A DNA stretch of 61,859 nt from an uncultured Thalassospiraceae bacterium. GTDB lineage: Bacteria; Pseudomonadota; Alphaproteobacteria; Rhodospirillales; 2-02-FULL-58-16. The position numbers and the translations under genes are program-made. Each line of letters starts with the position of its first letter. Position 1 is the stretch's first letter. The notes under the pieces were generated by a model, which worked only from the letters and a program-made list of their open reading frames with translations, was not told the DNA's origin and made no database searches. Positions 47,775 to 58,270 of this stretch are shown piece by piece. The DNA lies in the NCBI GenBank assembly GCA_964632795.1, contig CAZWEZ010000006.1, positions 1 to 61,859 on the forward strand, read 5' to 3'.

Positions 47775-48695
47775 ATGATCCAAATCCTTTCGGCGCTGGC
47801 TCCGGTGTTCTTGTTGATCCTGATCGGCTTCGGGCTCAGGAAGACGGGGCTGATCGCGCTTGCCTACTGGACGCCGGCCGAGAAGCTGACCTATTATGTG
47901 TTCTTTCCCGCCCTGCTGATCGCCAACGGGGCGCGGGCCGATCTGGGCGGGATCGAAGTCGGGCCGATGGCGGCGGTGCTGATCGGCGGGGTGGGGCTGG
48001 TCGCCCTGGCGGCGGTGGCGCTCAAGGGGCCCCTGGGGCTCGCCGGGCCGACCTTCACCTCGCTCTTCCAGGGCAGCTTCCGGCCCAACGTCTACGTCGG
48101 GGTGGCCGCCGTCTCGGCCCTCTACGGTGAGGCGGGGCTGACCCTGATCTCGGTGGCCATCGTGATCCTGGTGCCGACCGTCAACTTGATCAGCGTCCTC
48201 GCCCTGGCCCGCCACGGCGCCGGCAACGCCGGCCGGCGGGGCTGGCGGCGGGCGGTGGTGCAGGTGATCAGCAACCCGCTGATCATCGCCTGCCTGGTGG
48301 GCGCCCTGCTCAACGCCGCCGGCCTCGGCCTGCCGCCGGTGGTCGCGCCGTTGCTCGACATCCTGGGCCGGGCCGCGCTGCCGGTCGGCCTGATGGCGGT
48401 CGGCGCCGGGCTGAGTTGGGCCGCGTTGCGCGCCGCCGGGCGGCTGGTCGCGCTGACCACCGTGCTCAAGCTCGGCGTCCTGCCGCTGGTGACCCTGGCG
48501 CTTGGCCGCCTGCTGGGCCTCGACGGGCTGACCGCCACCGTGTGCCTGATATACGCGGCGCTGCCCGGCTCGGCATCGTCCTACGTCCTGGCCCGCCAGA
48601 TGGGCGGCGACGAAAAACTGATCGCCGGCATCATCACCGCCACCACGGTGGCCGCCGCGGCGACCATGCCGCTGTGGGTGACCGTGGCCGGCTGA
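47775..48695 (+). CDS. AEC (auxin efflux carrier) family transporter
   Basis: PVFLLILIG, EKLTYYVFFPALL, R.NVYVG, NPLII, YVLARQMGGD. Confidence 0.93.
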   Translation: MIQILSALAPVFLLILIGFGLRKTGLIALAYWTPAEKLTYYVFFPALLIANGARADLGGIEVGPMAAVLIGGVGLVALAAVALKGPLGLAGPTFTSLFQGSFRPNVYVGVAAVSALYGEAGLTLISVAIVILVPTVNLISVLALARHGAGNAGRRGWRRAVVQVISNPLIIACLVGALLNAAGLGLPPVVAPLLDILGRAALPVGLMAVGAGLSWAALRAAGRLVALTTVLKLGVLPLVTLALGRLLGLDGLTATVCLIYAALPGSASSYVLARQMGGDEKLIAGIITATTVAAAATMPLWVTVAG

Positions 48696-48738
48696 TATCA
48701 TACCGGCCGGCGCGAGCCCCTAAGTGTTTAAGGTTAGT

Positions 48739-49072
48739 TGCCCCTCAGTCGCCGGGCGGGCCGGTGGCCCTTGGCTACGGGCCTTCGGCCCGACGCGCTG
48801 GCGCGCTTTTCGACATGGCAAGGGCCATGTCGAATCTATAAAGCGATCAGCGCCGGGTTTGTATCCAGCGCCAGTTTTTGGATCGGTTTATCGAGGGGAC
48901 CAGCCCAGCCCTATCAAGCATGTCTCCAAACCGGCATGGCCCTTCGCCATGCCGGCAAGCGCGACCGCGCGTCGGCGCTTATGCGCCGTAGCCAAGGGCC
49001 GCAGGCCCGCCCGGCGATTGAGGGGCATTGAAAACTACAAGGGCCGCAGGCCCGCCCGGCGATTGAGGGGCA
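48739..49072. repeat. REPIN-like element: inverted ~92-bp multi-hairpin units plus a partial third copy
   Basis: 48739-48829 aligns to the reverse complement of 48935-49027; 49038-49072 is identical to 48993-49027. Confidence 0.85.
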
Positions 49073-49108
49073 ATAATAACGGCGAGTCGATTCATCGGCT
49101 CGCCGGTA

Positions 49109-50374
49109 TCAGGTGAAGATGCCCTTGAGGGTGAAGAAGAACAGGGCGGCCAGGACGCCGCCGATGGGCAGCGTCACCACCCATGAGATCGCGATGCCGC
49201 CGATCACCCGGAGATCGATGGCGCCGATGCCCCGCGCCAGGCCGACCCCCATCACCGCGCCGACCGCGATGTGGGTGGTCGATACCGGCATCCCGGTGCG
49301 CGAGGCGAGGACCACGGTGGCCGCCGCCGCCAGGGTCGCCGAGAAGCCCCGGGTCGGGGTCAGCTCGGTGATCTTGGTGCCGATGGTCCGCATCACCCGG
49401 TAGCCGTAGGTGGCCAGGCCGACGACGATGCCGAAACCGCCGAGCAGCAGGACCCAGATCGGCAACGCCGATTTCTGGGCCACCTCGCCGCCCGACTGGA
49501 CGATGCTGATCACCGCCGCCAGCGGTCCGATGCCGTTGGCGACGTCGTTGGAACCGTGGGCGAAGGCCATGGCGCTGGCGGTGAACAGCATCATCGGCGT
49601 GAACACCTTCTCGACGCTGGCGAAGTGGAACTCCTTGTCGGCCTTCTTGTCGACCGTGATCCGGTCGATCAGCTTCCAGCCGATGGCCGCCATGACCAGC
49701 CCGAACACCACCGCGGCGAGGAAGCTCATCGGCACGCTGAGGTCCAGATTGAGGTGCGTGAGCCCCTTGAACAGGGTGACCAGCGAGATGATGAAGCCGG
49801 CCATGAAGACGTAGACGGGACCCCACCTCTTGGCGCTCTCGAAGGGGTTCTCGGCATTGAGGATCAACTGGCGAATGCTGGTCATGATGAGGAAGGCGAC
49901 GGTCCCGCCGAGCAATGGGGAGACCACCCAGCTGACGACGATCTGGCCGATCTTGCCCCAGTTGACGGCGTCCATGCCGATGCCGGCGATGGCGAAGCCG
50001 ACCACGGCGCCGACGATTGCATGGGTGGTCGACACCGGCCACCCCCGCATCGAGGCGATCATCAGCCAGACCGCCGCCGCCAGTAGCGACGCCAGCATCC
50101 CGAAGACCAGGATCTCGGGGGTGTCGGCGATCGAGCTCGGGTCGATGATCCCCTTGCGGATGGTCCTGGTGACGTGGCCCCCGGCAAGCGCCGCGCCGCC
50201 GAACTCGAAGATGGCGGCGATAATGATCGCCGTGCGGACGGTGATCGCCCCGGAGCCCACCGAGGTGCCCATCACGTTGGCGACGTCGTTGGCGCCGATG
50301 CCCCAGGTCATGTAGAGACCGAACACCAACCCGATGATGATGAAGACGGTTCCAAACTCGGCGATGATTTCCAT
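49109..50374 (-). CDS. PiT family inorganic phosphate transporter
   Basis: GANDVAN, PVSTTHAIVG, HGSNDVAN, PVSTTHIAVG. Confidence 0.96.
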   Translation of the reverse strand: MEIIAEFGTVFIIIGLVFGLYMTWGIGANDVANVMGTSVGSGAITVRTAIIIAAIFEFGGAALAGGHVTRTIRKGIIDPSSIADTPEILVFGMLASLLAAAVWLMIASMRGWPVSTTHAIVGAVVGFAIAGIGMDAVNWGKIGQIVVSWVVSPLLGGTVAFLIMTSIRQLILNAENPFESAKRWGPVYVFMAGFIISLVTLFKGLTHLNLDLSVPMSFLAAVVFGLVMAAIGWKLIDRITVDKKADKEFHFASVEKVFTPMMLFTASAMAFAHGSNDVANGIGPLAAVISIVQSGGEVAQKSALPIWVLLLGGFGIVVGLATYGYRVMRTIGTKITELTPTRGFSATLAAAATVVLASRTGMPVSTTHIAVGAVMGVGLARGIGAIDLRVIGGIAISWVVTLPIGGVLAALFFFTLKGIFT

Positions 50375-50410
50375 GGACGGTGTTCCGGGGCTGAGGGAAG
50401 GGGTTACCGG

Positions 50411-51091
50411 TCAGCGGGCGAGCAGCAGGCGCAGGCGGTTGCCGATCATTTCGGCGTAATCGGCGAGGTTGCCGATCTGCTTGATCAACTGGTACCAGAA
50501 GACCACCGATACCGGGTTCATCGTCTCCTCGTTGGCGAACAGTTCGCTGAGCAGGTCGAAGGCCATGCGGTCGGTGTCGGTCTCGATCTTGCTCAACTCG
50601 TCGACCATCTCGCCGACCAGTTCGGATTCGCGGCCCCTGAAGCCGGTCTCGACCAGCTCGTCGAGCTCGCCGATGATCCTGTCCGCCTGGGTGCAGGCGT
50701 CGACGCAGCGCCGGGTGAAGGCCATCAGCAGCTCGCACATGGTCTTCGGGACCTCCATCCGGCGGACCGCCAGCATCCCGGCCAGGTCCTGGGCGGTGTC
50801 GGCGATCTGGTCCTGGACCTCGAGGATGTTCAACAGGTCGGCCCGGTTGACCGGCATCATCAGGCTCTTGGGCAGGTGGGCGCGAAGCTCGTTCTTGATC
50901 GCGTCGGCCTCCGATTCCAGCTCGAAGATCCGTTCCGTGATGATCCCGACCTTGTCGTGGTCGCCGTCGCACAGGGCGTCGAACATGTCGGGCACCTCGC
51001 CGGCGCAGCGGGTGACGACCTTCATGTGTGCCTGCATGGGCTTGAACGGCGAGCGTCCGAACAGACGCGAGAAGGAGGATTTGGTTGTCAT
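50411..51091 (-). CDS. DUF47/TIGR00153 PhoU-like phosphate transport regulator
   Basis: LFGRSPFKPMQAHM, LESEADAIK..LR..LPKSLMMPV.R.DLL; upstream of PiT. Start at ATG 51091. Confidence 0.93.
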   Translation of the reverse strand: MTTKSSFSRLFGRSPFKPMQAHMKVVTRCAGEVPDMFDALCDGDHDKVGIITERIFELESEADAIKNELRAHLPKSLMMPVNRADLLNILEVQDQIADTAQDLAGMLAVRRMEVPKTMCELLMAFTRRCVDACTQADRIIGELDELVETGFRGRESELVGEMVDELSKIETDTDRMAFDLLSELFANEETMNPVSVVFWYQLIKQIGNLADYAEMIGNRLRLLLAR

Positions 51092-51169
51092 GGCTGAACC
51101 TTCCGGGTAGTCCACAACTTAGCCGACCGCTTGGAAGTGTTCAATGGCGCGAACTAAGGAACCAGGCCA

Positions 51170-52201
51170 CTACGGCGATGGGCGGCGGCGGCGGCGGGCG
51201 CGGCGGCGCGGCTGGGGGGCATCGCCGGCGGCGGCACCGGCCTTGTCGTGGCTCGGGGGGCCGAGGGTTTCGGCGATCCGCTCGATGTCCGGACGCCGCC
51301 GGGACGGGGTGCTCTCCAGGGCCCGGCGCATGGCGGCGATGTGCTCGGCCGTCGAGCCGCAACAGCCGCCGATGATCCGCGCCCCGATGTCGCGGGCGAT
51401 GCATGCATAGCGGCCCATGGACTCGGGCGTCCCCCGGTAGACCACCTCACCCTCGACGTACTCGGGGATTCCGTTGTTGCTCTTGGCGATGATCGCCGTG
51501 CCCGGCGGCGCGGCGGCGGCGATCTCCAGGATCGCCGCCGCGAGGTCGGGCGAGCCGGAGCCGCAATTGGCCCCCATGGCGATCAGCTCGTGAGGCAGCT
51601 CGGCGAGATGGGCCACGAACTCGGACGGCGACACCCCCATCATCGTCCGGCCGTTGGAATCGAAACTGAAGGTGGCGGTCATCGGCAGGCCGACGCTCGA
51701 GGCGCCGCCCACCGCGGCCCGCAGCTCGTCGAACGAGGACAGGGTCTCGATCCACAGCACGTCGACCCCGCCCTCGGCCAGGGCCTCGGCCTGCTCGGCG
51801 AAGGAGGCGGCGCCGTCCTCGACGGACAGCGGGCCGAGCGGCTGGTAGAGCTCGCCGGTCGGCCCCATCGAGCCGGCGATCGCCACGTCGCCGCGGCCGC
51901 TGTCCTCGACCGCCCGGCGGGCCAGCTCGACACCGTGGAGGTTGATCTCGCGACAGCGGTCCTGGCAACCGTGGAGTTCGAGCCGATTGCGGTTGCCGCC
52001 AAAGGTGTTGGTCAGGATGATGTTCGATCCGGCGGCGAGGAACTCGCGGTGCAGCTCGATCACCTTGTCGGGCTGCTCGAAGTTCCAGCGCTCCGGCGCC
52101 TCGCCGCTCGCCAGCCCCTTGGCGAAGAAGGCGGTCCCCGTCGCCCCGTCGGCCAGCAGCCAGGGGCGGGTGTCCAGCAGGTCGCGCAGCTTGTCCGACA
52201 T
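51170..52201 (-). CDS. bmt: Betaine-homocysteine S-methyltransferase (stand-alone Hcy-binding domain)
   Basis: LLADGATGT, GSNIILTNTFG, GANCG, IIGGCCG zinc motif; stand-alone domain of the alphaproteobacterial Bmt type. Confidence 0.85.
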   Translation of the reverse strand: MSDKLRDLLDTRPWLLADGATGTAFFAKGLASGEAPERWNFEQPDKVIELHREFLAAGSNIILTNTFGGNRNRLELHGCQDRCREINLHGVELARRAVEDSGRGDVAIAGSMGPTGELYQPLGPLSVEDGAASFAEQAEALAEGGVDVLWIETLSSFDELRAAVGGASSVGLPMTATFSFDSNGRTMMGVSPSEFVAHLAELPHELIAMGANCGSGSPDLAAAILEIAAAAPPGTAIIAKSNNGIPEYVEGEVVYRGTPESMGRYACIARDIGARIIGGCCGSTAEHIAAMRRALESTPSRRRPDIERIAETLGPPSHDKAGAAAGDAPQPRRRARRRRRPSP

Positions 52202-52372
52202 CGGGCCTCCCGGTGCATGGGCTCGCCGATCTTAAGTCCATTCCCGATCGGCCGCCACAGCCTTCGCCAGCCATGATCCTTGCCGGCGGCGAAACGCCGC
52301 AGACCCCGTTTCCCATCCCGTCCATCCGTCCATATTGATGTCATGAAGACGGGGGTCTTCCTCGGTCTTTGG

Positions 52373-52996
52373 TTATTTTTTCGACCCGATCCTCGGTTCC
52401 CGGCCGCCGATCAGGCGCCTGATGTTGGCGTGGTGGCGGACCACGGAGAACGCCGCCAGCAGCGCCGCCAGCAGGGTGTCCGGGAGGTCGGACAGCAGCG
52501 CCATGTAGACCGGCGCCGCGGACAGGGCGACCAGCGCGGCCAGCGACGAATAGCGGAAGATGGCCGCCGTCGCCAGCCAGGTCAGGCAGGCCAGCAGCCC
52601 CACCGGCCAGGCCGCCGCCAGCAGCACGCCGAGCGTCGTCGCCACCCCCTTGCCGCCCTTGAAGGCGAGCCACGGCGGGAAGTTGTGGCCGAGCACGGTG
52701 AACAGCCCGGCGGCCAGCCCGGTCATCGGTGCTCCGGCGGCGGCGCCCCACCAGGCGAACGCCGCCACCGCCACCACCCCCTTGCCGCCGTCCAGCACCA
52801 GGGTCGCCGCCGCCAACCCCTTGCGCCCAGTACGCAGGACGTTGGTGGCGCCGATATTGCCCGAACCGATGTCGCGGATGTCGCCGAGCCCGGAAAGGCG
52901 GGTCAGCACCAGGCCGAAGGGGATCGAGCCGAGAAGATACCCGCCCACGGCGGCGGCCAGGGTCTGCCATGCCAGCAACTCGCCGGCCCAGGACAT
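52373..52996 (-). CDS. plsY: Glycerol-3-phosphate acyltransferase
   Basis: YLLGSIPFG, GSGNIGATNVLR, GHNFP.WL.FKGGKGVAT, HHANI.RL. Confidence 0.97.
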   Translation of the reverse strand: MSWAGELLAWQTLAAAVGGYLLGSIPFGLVLTRLSGLGDIRDIGSGNIGATNVLRTGRKGLAAATLVLDGGKGVVAVAAFAWWGAAAGAPMTGLAAGLFTVLGHNFPPWLAFKGGKGVATTLGVLLAAAWPVGLLACLTWLATAAIFRYSSLAALVALSAAPVYMALLSDLPDTLLAALLAAFSVVRHHANIRRLIGGREPRIGSKK

Positions 52997-52998
52997 GA

Positions 52999-54315
52999 TT
53001 AGTCGTCCAGCTTGAAGACGGTGCGGCCGTCGATCACCGTGCGCAGGACCCGGCCCTGCACCGGGCGGCCGTCAAACGGCGTGTTCTTGGACTTGCTGAG
53101 CAGGTCGTCGGCCTCCACCTTCCAGCCGCGCTGGGGGTCGAACACCACCAGGTCGGCCGGCGCTCCCTTGTCGAGCCGCCCGGCGGGCAGCCCCAGCAGG
53201 TCGGCCGGGGCGCGGGTGATCAGCCCCAGCGTCTCGAGCAGCGACAGGTGGCCGTTGTGGTGCAGCTCGAGGGTTACCGCCAACAGGGTCTCGACCCCGA
53301 TGCCGCCGAAGGCGGCCTGGGCGAAGGGCAGCCGCTTGGCGTCCTCGTCCTGGGGCGCGTGGTCCGAGGCGATGGCGTCGATGGTGCCGTCGACCAGCCC
53401 GGCGACCACCGCCTGGCGGTCGTCCTCGTCGCGCAGCGGCGGCGACAGCTTGGCGAAGGTCCGGTAATCGCCGAGCGCGGTCTCGTTCAGCGCGAAATAC
53501 GGCGGCGCGGTGTCACACGTCACGTCCAGCCCCTGGGCCTTGGCCCGGCGCACCGCATCGATGGCGTCGGCGGTCGACAGGTGGGCGAAGTGGAGCCGCG
53601 CCCCGGTCATCGTGGCGAGGCGGATGTCGCGTTCGACGATGATGGTTTCGGCCTCGCGCGGGATTCCCGACAGGCCGAGGCGGGTCGCCATCTCGCCCGA
53701 GTTCATGTCGCCGCCAGCGGCCAGGCTGGGCTCCTCGGGGTGCTGGATGATGAGCAACCCGAAGGTGGCGGCGTAGCTCAAGGCCCGGCGCATCACCTGG
53801 GCGTCGGCGACCGTCTTGACGGCGTCGGTGAAGGCCAGCGCCCCGGCTTCCGAAAGCATCCCCATTTCGGCAATCACCTGGCCCTCCAGGCCCTTGGTCA
53901 CGGCGCCGTAGGTGTAGACCTTGGTCAGCCCCAGCTTGCGCGCCCGGCGGGCGACGAACTCGACCACCGACATGTCGTCGATCACGGGAATGGTGTTGGG
54001 CAGGGCGACCATCGAGGTGATGCCCCCGGCCGTCGCCGCGCGGCCGGCCGAGGCCAGCGTCCCCTTGTGCTCCTCGCCCGGTTCGCGCAACTGGACCCGG
54101 ATATCGACCAACCCCGGGGCCAGGCAGGCGCCGGCGCAATCGACCTCGCGGATGCCGTCGGGAACCCCGTCGGCGAACAGCCCGGGCCCGAAGTCGGCGA
54201 TCGTCTCGCCGTCGGTGAGCAGCGCCCCGGTCCGATCCAGGCCCGAGGCCGGGTCCAACAGCCGGGCGTCGAGATAGGCCACCCGGCCCAGGGGTTCGCC
54301 GGTCCCGGGCGTCAT
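52999..54315 (-). CDS. pyrC: Dihydroorotase (PyrC/PyrC'-type)
   Basis: [10 protein letters not shown] (metal-binding His pair absent, PyrC'-like), GGIT...PNT.P, KLSPPLR, IASDHAP. Start at ATG 54315. Confidence 0.92.
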   Translation of the reverse strand: MTPGTGEPLGRVAYLDARLLDPASGLDRTGALLTDGETIADFGPGLFADGVPDGIREVDCAGACLAPGLVDIRVQLREPGEEHKGTLASAGRAATAGGITSMVALPNTIPVIDDMSVVEFVARRARKLGLTKVYTYGAVTKGLEGQVIAEMGMLSEAGALAFTDAVKTVADAQVMRRALSYAATFGLLIIQHPEEPSLAAGGDMNSGEMATRLGLSGIPREAETIIVERDIRLATMTGARLHFAHLSTADAIDAVRRAKAQGLDVTCDTAPPYFALNETALGDYRTFAKLSPPLRDEDDRQAVVAGLVDGTIDAIASDHAPQDEDAKRLPFAQAAFGGIGVETLLAVTLELHHNGHLSLLETLGLITRAPADLLGLPAGRLDKGAPADLVVFDPQRGWKVEADDLLSKSKNTPFDGRPVQGRVLRTVIDGRTVFKLDD

Positions 54316-55280
54316 CGCCCGGCCTCCGGATGGGGCAGGTTGAGGGCCAATATCTCGAGGCAGGCCATGCGCACCGCGACCCCCATCTCGACCTGCTCGC
54401 GGATCGCGCTGCGGCCGATGTCGTCGGCGACCAGCGAGTCGATCTCGACGCCGCGGTTCATCGGCCCGGGGTGCATGACCAGGGCGTCCGGCTTGGCGTT
54501 GGACAGCTTCTCGTAGTCGAGCCCGAAGAAGTGGAAGTACTCGCGGATCGAGGGGAAGAAATTGGCGTGCATGCGCTCGGACTGGAGGCGCAGCATCATC
54601 ACGATGTCGCAGTCCGCGAGGCCCTTGTTCATGTCGTGGAAGACCTCGACGCCCAGCTTCTCGGCCTGGGCCGGGATCAGGGTCTTGGGGCCGATCAGGC
54701 GGACCCGCGCCCCCATGGTGTTGAGCAGGTGGATGTTGGAACGGGCCACCCGGGAATGGACGATATCGCCGCAGATCGCCACCAGCAGCCCCGACAGGCG
54801 GCCGGTGCGCCGCCGGATGGTGAGGGCGTCGAGCAGGGCCTGGGTGGGGTGGGCGTGGCTGCCGTCGCCGGCGTTGATCACCGCGCAGTTGACCTTCTCG
54901 GACAGCAGCTTGACGGCGCCCGAGTCGGAATGGCGCACCACCAGCACGTCGGGGTGCATGGCGTTCAGCGTCATCGCGGTGTCGATCAGGGTCTCGCCCT
55001 TCTTGATCGCGCTGGTCGAGGTGGTCATGTTGATGACGTCGGCGCCGAGCCGCTTGCCGGCCAGCTCGAACGAGGTCCGGGTGCGGGTCGAGGCCTCGAA
55101 GAACAGGTTGATGATCGAGCGCCCGTGGAGCAGGGTCTTCTTCTTGTCGGCCTGCCGGTTCTGGTCGACGTAGCTTTCGGCGCGGTCCAGCAGAAGGGTG
55201 ATGACGTCGGGCGAAAGCCCTTCGATTCCGAGCAGGTGGCGGTGGGGGAAGGAGGGGGTGTCCTGGGCGCCGGATGTCAT
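54312..55280 (-). CDS. pyrB: Aspartate carbamoyltransferase catalytic subunit
   Basis: [44 protein letters not shown]. Confidence 0.98.
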   Translation of the reverse strand: MTSGAQDTPSFPHRHLLGIEGLSPDVITLLLDRAESYVDQNRQADKKKTLLHGRSIINLFFEASTRTRTSFELAGKRLGADVINMTTSTSAIKKGETLIDTAMTLNAMHPDVLVVRHSDSGAVKLLSEKVNCAVINAGDGSHAHPTQALLDALTIRRRTGRLSGLLVAICGDIVHSRVARSNIHLLNTMGARVRLIGPKTLIPAQAEKLGVEVFHDMNKGLADCDIVMMLRLQSERMHANFFPSIREYFHFFGLDYEKLSNAKPDALVMHPGPMNRGVEIDSLVADDIGRSAIREQVEMGVAVRMACLEILALNLPHPEAGR

Positions 55281-55330
55281 GGCCCGGCACTATAGGACCC
55301 CGCGGGCGGGCTAAGCAAGACGCGGAACGA

Positions 55331-56509
55331 TCAGGCCATGGCCCCGGTTCCCGGATAGGCCTTTTGAAATGGCTCGTCGTCTTCGAAGCGGGTCGGCCGA
55401 TAGGGCTCGATGGGGAGGATTCGACTGGCCCCGAATGCCATCTTCTCGGCCACCATCATGGAGATGCACGGGGCAAGTTTGAAGCCGCCCCCGGAGAGGC
55501 CGCAAATCGCGATCAGGCCGTCTTTCCCGGGAAAGCCCCCGATCAGGGGGTTGCTGTCGGGCGAGATGTCGTAGCGTCCCGCCCAGTGCGAAGTGATACG
55601 TCCGCCGTCGAGGCCGCGGAAGCAGTTCTCTAAATTCCGCAGGAAATGTCCGGCGCCGTCCCTTGGCAGGCTCTCATCGAGGGGATCGGGACGGGTCATG
55701 GCGCTGCCCCTGTTGGAGTCGCCGAACAGCATCCCGCCGTCTTGCGGGCGGTTGTAGCAAACCCCGGGAAGGTCGCGGACGACGGGGAATCGCTTGCCCG
55801 CATATTCCTCGTCGAAGCCAAAGTGGACGACCTTGTGATTGGTAATTTCGTACGGATAGTGAATTCCAACGGTCTCGGTGAGGGTGTTGGTCCACGCCCC
55901 GGCGGCGACGACCACGGTTTCACCGCATATGATCCCGTCGTCCGTTTCCACCCCGTCGACCTTGTCCTCCCGGGATTCCACCAGACGCCGGACGCCGACG
56001 CCCTGGCGGATTTCGACGCCCCCTCGGCGGGCCGCGTCGGCATAGCCGGTGGTTGTCAGGTGCGGATCGGCATAACCCGATAAGGGCTCGTATGCCGCCA
56101 GGGCGATGCGGGCGGGATTGAGCAGGGGATGGATTTCCAGGGCCTGACGGGTGTCGATCAAGTCGACCTCGGCGCCGGTTTCCCGTTGCATCTTGATGTT
56201 GCGCCGCAAATCTTCCGCTGCATCGGCGTCCGAGAAGATCAAATAGCCGCATCTCTCGAACCCCGATGAGCCACCGACCCGCTCGCTGAAATCGGCCAGA
56301 ACGTCGCGCCCGGTGGTGGCCATTCGGCAGGTCAGCGGATTCGAATAGTGGGTGCGCACGATGGCGCAACTCTTCGCGGTATCGCCCGAACATACGGCGC
56401 CTTTGTCCAATATTAGAATGGAACGGCCGTCCAATTCGGCCAGATAGAATGCAAGGGAGCATCCGATCACGCCGCCGCCGATGATTATCGTGTCGTAGGC
56501 CTTGGCCAT
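55331..56509 (-). CDS. FAD-dependent amine oxidoreductase (DAO/SoxB family)
   Basis: IIGGGVIGCS, GDTAKSCAIVRTHY, VVAAGAW, WAGRYDISPD..P.IG, GLSGGGFK. Start at ATG 56509 with a GGAGG RBS. Confidence 0.9.
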   Translation of the reverse strand: MAKAYDTIIIGGGVIGCSLAFYLAELDGRSILILDKGAVCSGDTAKSCAIVRTHYSNPLTCRMATTGRDVLADFSERVGGSSGFERCGYLIFSDADAAEDLRRNIKMQRETGAEVDLIDTRQALEIHPLLNPARIALAAYEPLSGYADPHLTTTGYADAARRGGVEIRQGVGVRRLVESREDKVDGVETDDGIICGETVVVAAGAWTNTLTETVGIHYPYEITNHKVVHFGFDEEYAGKRFPVVRDLPGVCYNRPQDGGMLFGDSNRGSAMTRPDPLDESLPRDGAGHFLRNLENCFRGLDGGRITSHWAGRYDISPDSNPLIGGFPGKDGLIAICGLSGGGFKLAPCISMMVAEKMAFGASRILPIEPYRPTRFEDDEPFQKAYPGTGAMA

Positions 56510-56601
56510 CCGCCTCCTCCATTGCCGCGACGACGGCTCAATCTCCGTGCGGCCCCTCTGCGCGCCGGGGCTTTCGACGGCCATCGGGGATCGGCGCGCC
56601 A

Positions 56602-56631
56602 TTGACACGGGCAACCGGGAAACATTAGTGT
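56602..56631 (+). promoter_or_regulatory. sigma70 promoter TTGACA-18-TAGTGT placing +1 at or near the phnR ATG
   Basis: -35 at 56602-56607, -10 at 56626-56631, ATG at 56638; no SD in between. Confidence 0.6.
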
Positions 56632-56637
56632 ACATCC

Positions 56638-57435
56638 ATGAATCAAACTTGGTCTATACCAGAAGCGGATACGTGGTCTATACCAGATAATGCCCGGAGA
56701 TCGTGGGACCGCAAAATTCCCTATTACTTGCGCATTCGGGATCATTTCGCGTCATTGATAGATACCGGCCGGTTGGCTCCGGGGATGAAACTGCCCCCGG
56801 AACGCACGCTCGGCGACCGCTTCGCCATTACCAGGGTCACCGTCCGTCAGGCGCTCATGCAGCTCGAGGCCGAAGGGCTCATCTATCGGCAAAACCGCCG
56901 CGGCTGGTTCGTTTCACCGCCGAGGATCCAATACGATCCGACCGCCAACGTCAGTTTCACCGAAAGTGCGACGCGCCAAGGCCGGGTCCCCGGCATAACC
57001 GTCTTGTCGAAGGAACGAATTCCGGCCACCACTTGGGAGAGCGAATACCTCGACATCGCCGAGGGCGATCCGATTTTTCTCATTCGCCGGCTGCGCTCGG
57101 TCGACGGACGCACGGTCCTCCTCGAGCACATTCATGTGGTTGCCGAGAGATTCCCCGGTCTTCTGGAGCACGCGCTCGACAGCTCGTTGACGGAATTGAT
57201 ATCCGAGCAGTACGGGGTCAACGAACATCGCGCCCGGATCGTCATGCGCCCGACCGCGTTGTCTGACCTCCAGGCCCGGGCCCTGGAGGTCGCGGCGGGG
57301 ACGCCCAGTTTGTATCTTTGCCGGGTCATTCACGATCAGTTCGACAATGTGATAGAATTCGACCAGGAGTTCTGGCGTTTCGATGCGCTCGATATCTGTG
57401 TCGGGGTAAACGAAACGGCGCAAGAGGAAACATAA
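56638..57435 (+). CDS. phnR: GntR/HutC-family regulator, PhnR-like (wHTH + UTRA)
   Basis: KLPPERTL...[41 protein letters not shown] closely follows the PhnR pattern (GLIYR.DRRGWFV.P.R...DPT). Confidence 0.82.
   Translation: MNQTWSIPEADTWSIPDNARRSWDRKIPYYLRIRDHFASLIDTGRLAPGMKLPPERTLGDRFAITRVTVRQALMQLEAEGLIYRQNRRGWFVSPPRIQYDPTANVSFTESATRQGRVPGITVLSKERIPATTWESEYLDIAEGDPIFLIRRLRSVDGRTVLLEHIHVVAERFPGLLEHALDSSLTELISEQYGVNEHRARIVMRPTALSDLQARALEVAAGTPSLYLCRVIHDQFDNVIEFDQEFWRFDALDICVGVNETAQEET
56650..56685. promoter_or_regulatory. Operator pair TGGTCTATACCA x2 (56650-56661, 56674-56685)
   Basis: Identical 12-mers, near-palindromic, of the HutC/PhnF-type operator pattern. Confidence 0.85.
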
Positions 57436-57463
57436 AAACAAGAAACTCGAGGGGGGAAGCAAG

Positions 57464-58219
57464 ATGACCGGTGAAACACCGATCGTGGTGGTCAACGATA
57501 TCTGCAAGACCTTCGACGTCCCGGGGCGCGACCCGGTCCATGCCCTTCAACACGTTACCAACCACGTCGACAAGGGCGAGGTCCTGGTCCTGATCGGACC
57601 GAGCGGTTCCGGCAAAAGCACCTTCCTTCGGGCGCTCAACGGACTGGAGGCCGTCGACAGCGGCTCCATCGTCATCGACGGCGTCGAGCTCACCGACCCC
57701 AAGACAAACCTCAACAAGTTGCGTCAGGGCGTCGGCATGGTTTTCCAGCACTTCAACCTGTTCCAGCACAAGACGGCGCTTGAAAACATCACCATGCCCC
57801 AGACGGTGGTTCTCAAGCGCTCCCAGCAGGAAGCCGACGAAATCGGCCACCAACTGCTCGAGCGCGTCGGCATCGGCGACAAGGTGGATTCCTATCCAAG
57901 CCAGCTTTCCGGCGGTCAGCAGCAACGCGTCGCCATCGCCCGTTCGCTGGCCATGACCCCAAAGGTCATGCTGTTCGACGAAGTGACATCGGCGCTCGAC
58001 CCGGAAACGATCGGGGGCGTGCTCGATCTGATGGTGGAACTGGCCGCCGACGGCACGACCATGGTCGTCGTCACCCACGAAATGGGCTTTGCCCGCAAAG
58101 CGGCCGACCGCGTCATTTTCATGGACCAAGGCAGGATCATCGAAGAGGGTCTTCCCGACACCGTCTTCGACGATCCCCGGCACGAGCGCACCCGCACCTT
58201 CCTGAGCCAGATTATTTAG
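57464..58219 (+). CDS. Polar amino-acid ABC ATP-binding protein
   Basis: [43 protein letters not shown]. Confidence 0.95.
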   Translation: MTGETPIVVVNDICKTFDVPGRDPVHALQHVTNHVDKGEVLVLIGPSGSGKSTFLRALNGLEAVDSGSIVIDGVELTDPKTNLNKLRQGVGMVFQHFNLFQHKTALENITMPQTVVLKRSQQEADEIGHQLLERVGIGDKVDSYPSQLSGGQQQRVAIARSLAMTPKVMLFDEVTSALDPETIGGVLDLMVELAADGTTMVVVTHEMGFARKAADRVIFMDQGRIIEEGLPDTVFDDPRHERTRTFLSQII

Positions 58220-58270
58220 AACCTGTTTGGAAAGTCGATCACGGGTTGCGCGGAAAGACTTCGGAGTTTT

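Noticed and set aside
48993-49072. CRISPR array (two identical 35-bp repeats)
   Set aside because: Only two units, a 10-bp spacer and no cas genes; explained by the REPIN-like element.
49109-51091. PiT + DUF47 pair as a novel system
   Set aside because: A common, well-known arrangement.
52202-52372. SAM or cobalamin riboswitch upstream of bmt
   Set aside because: No recognisable B12-box or SAM-II/SAM-alpha consensus.
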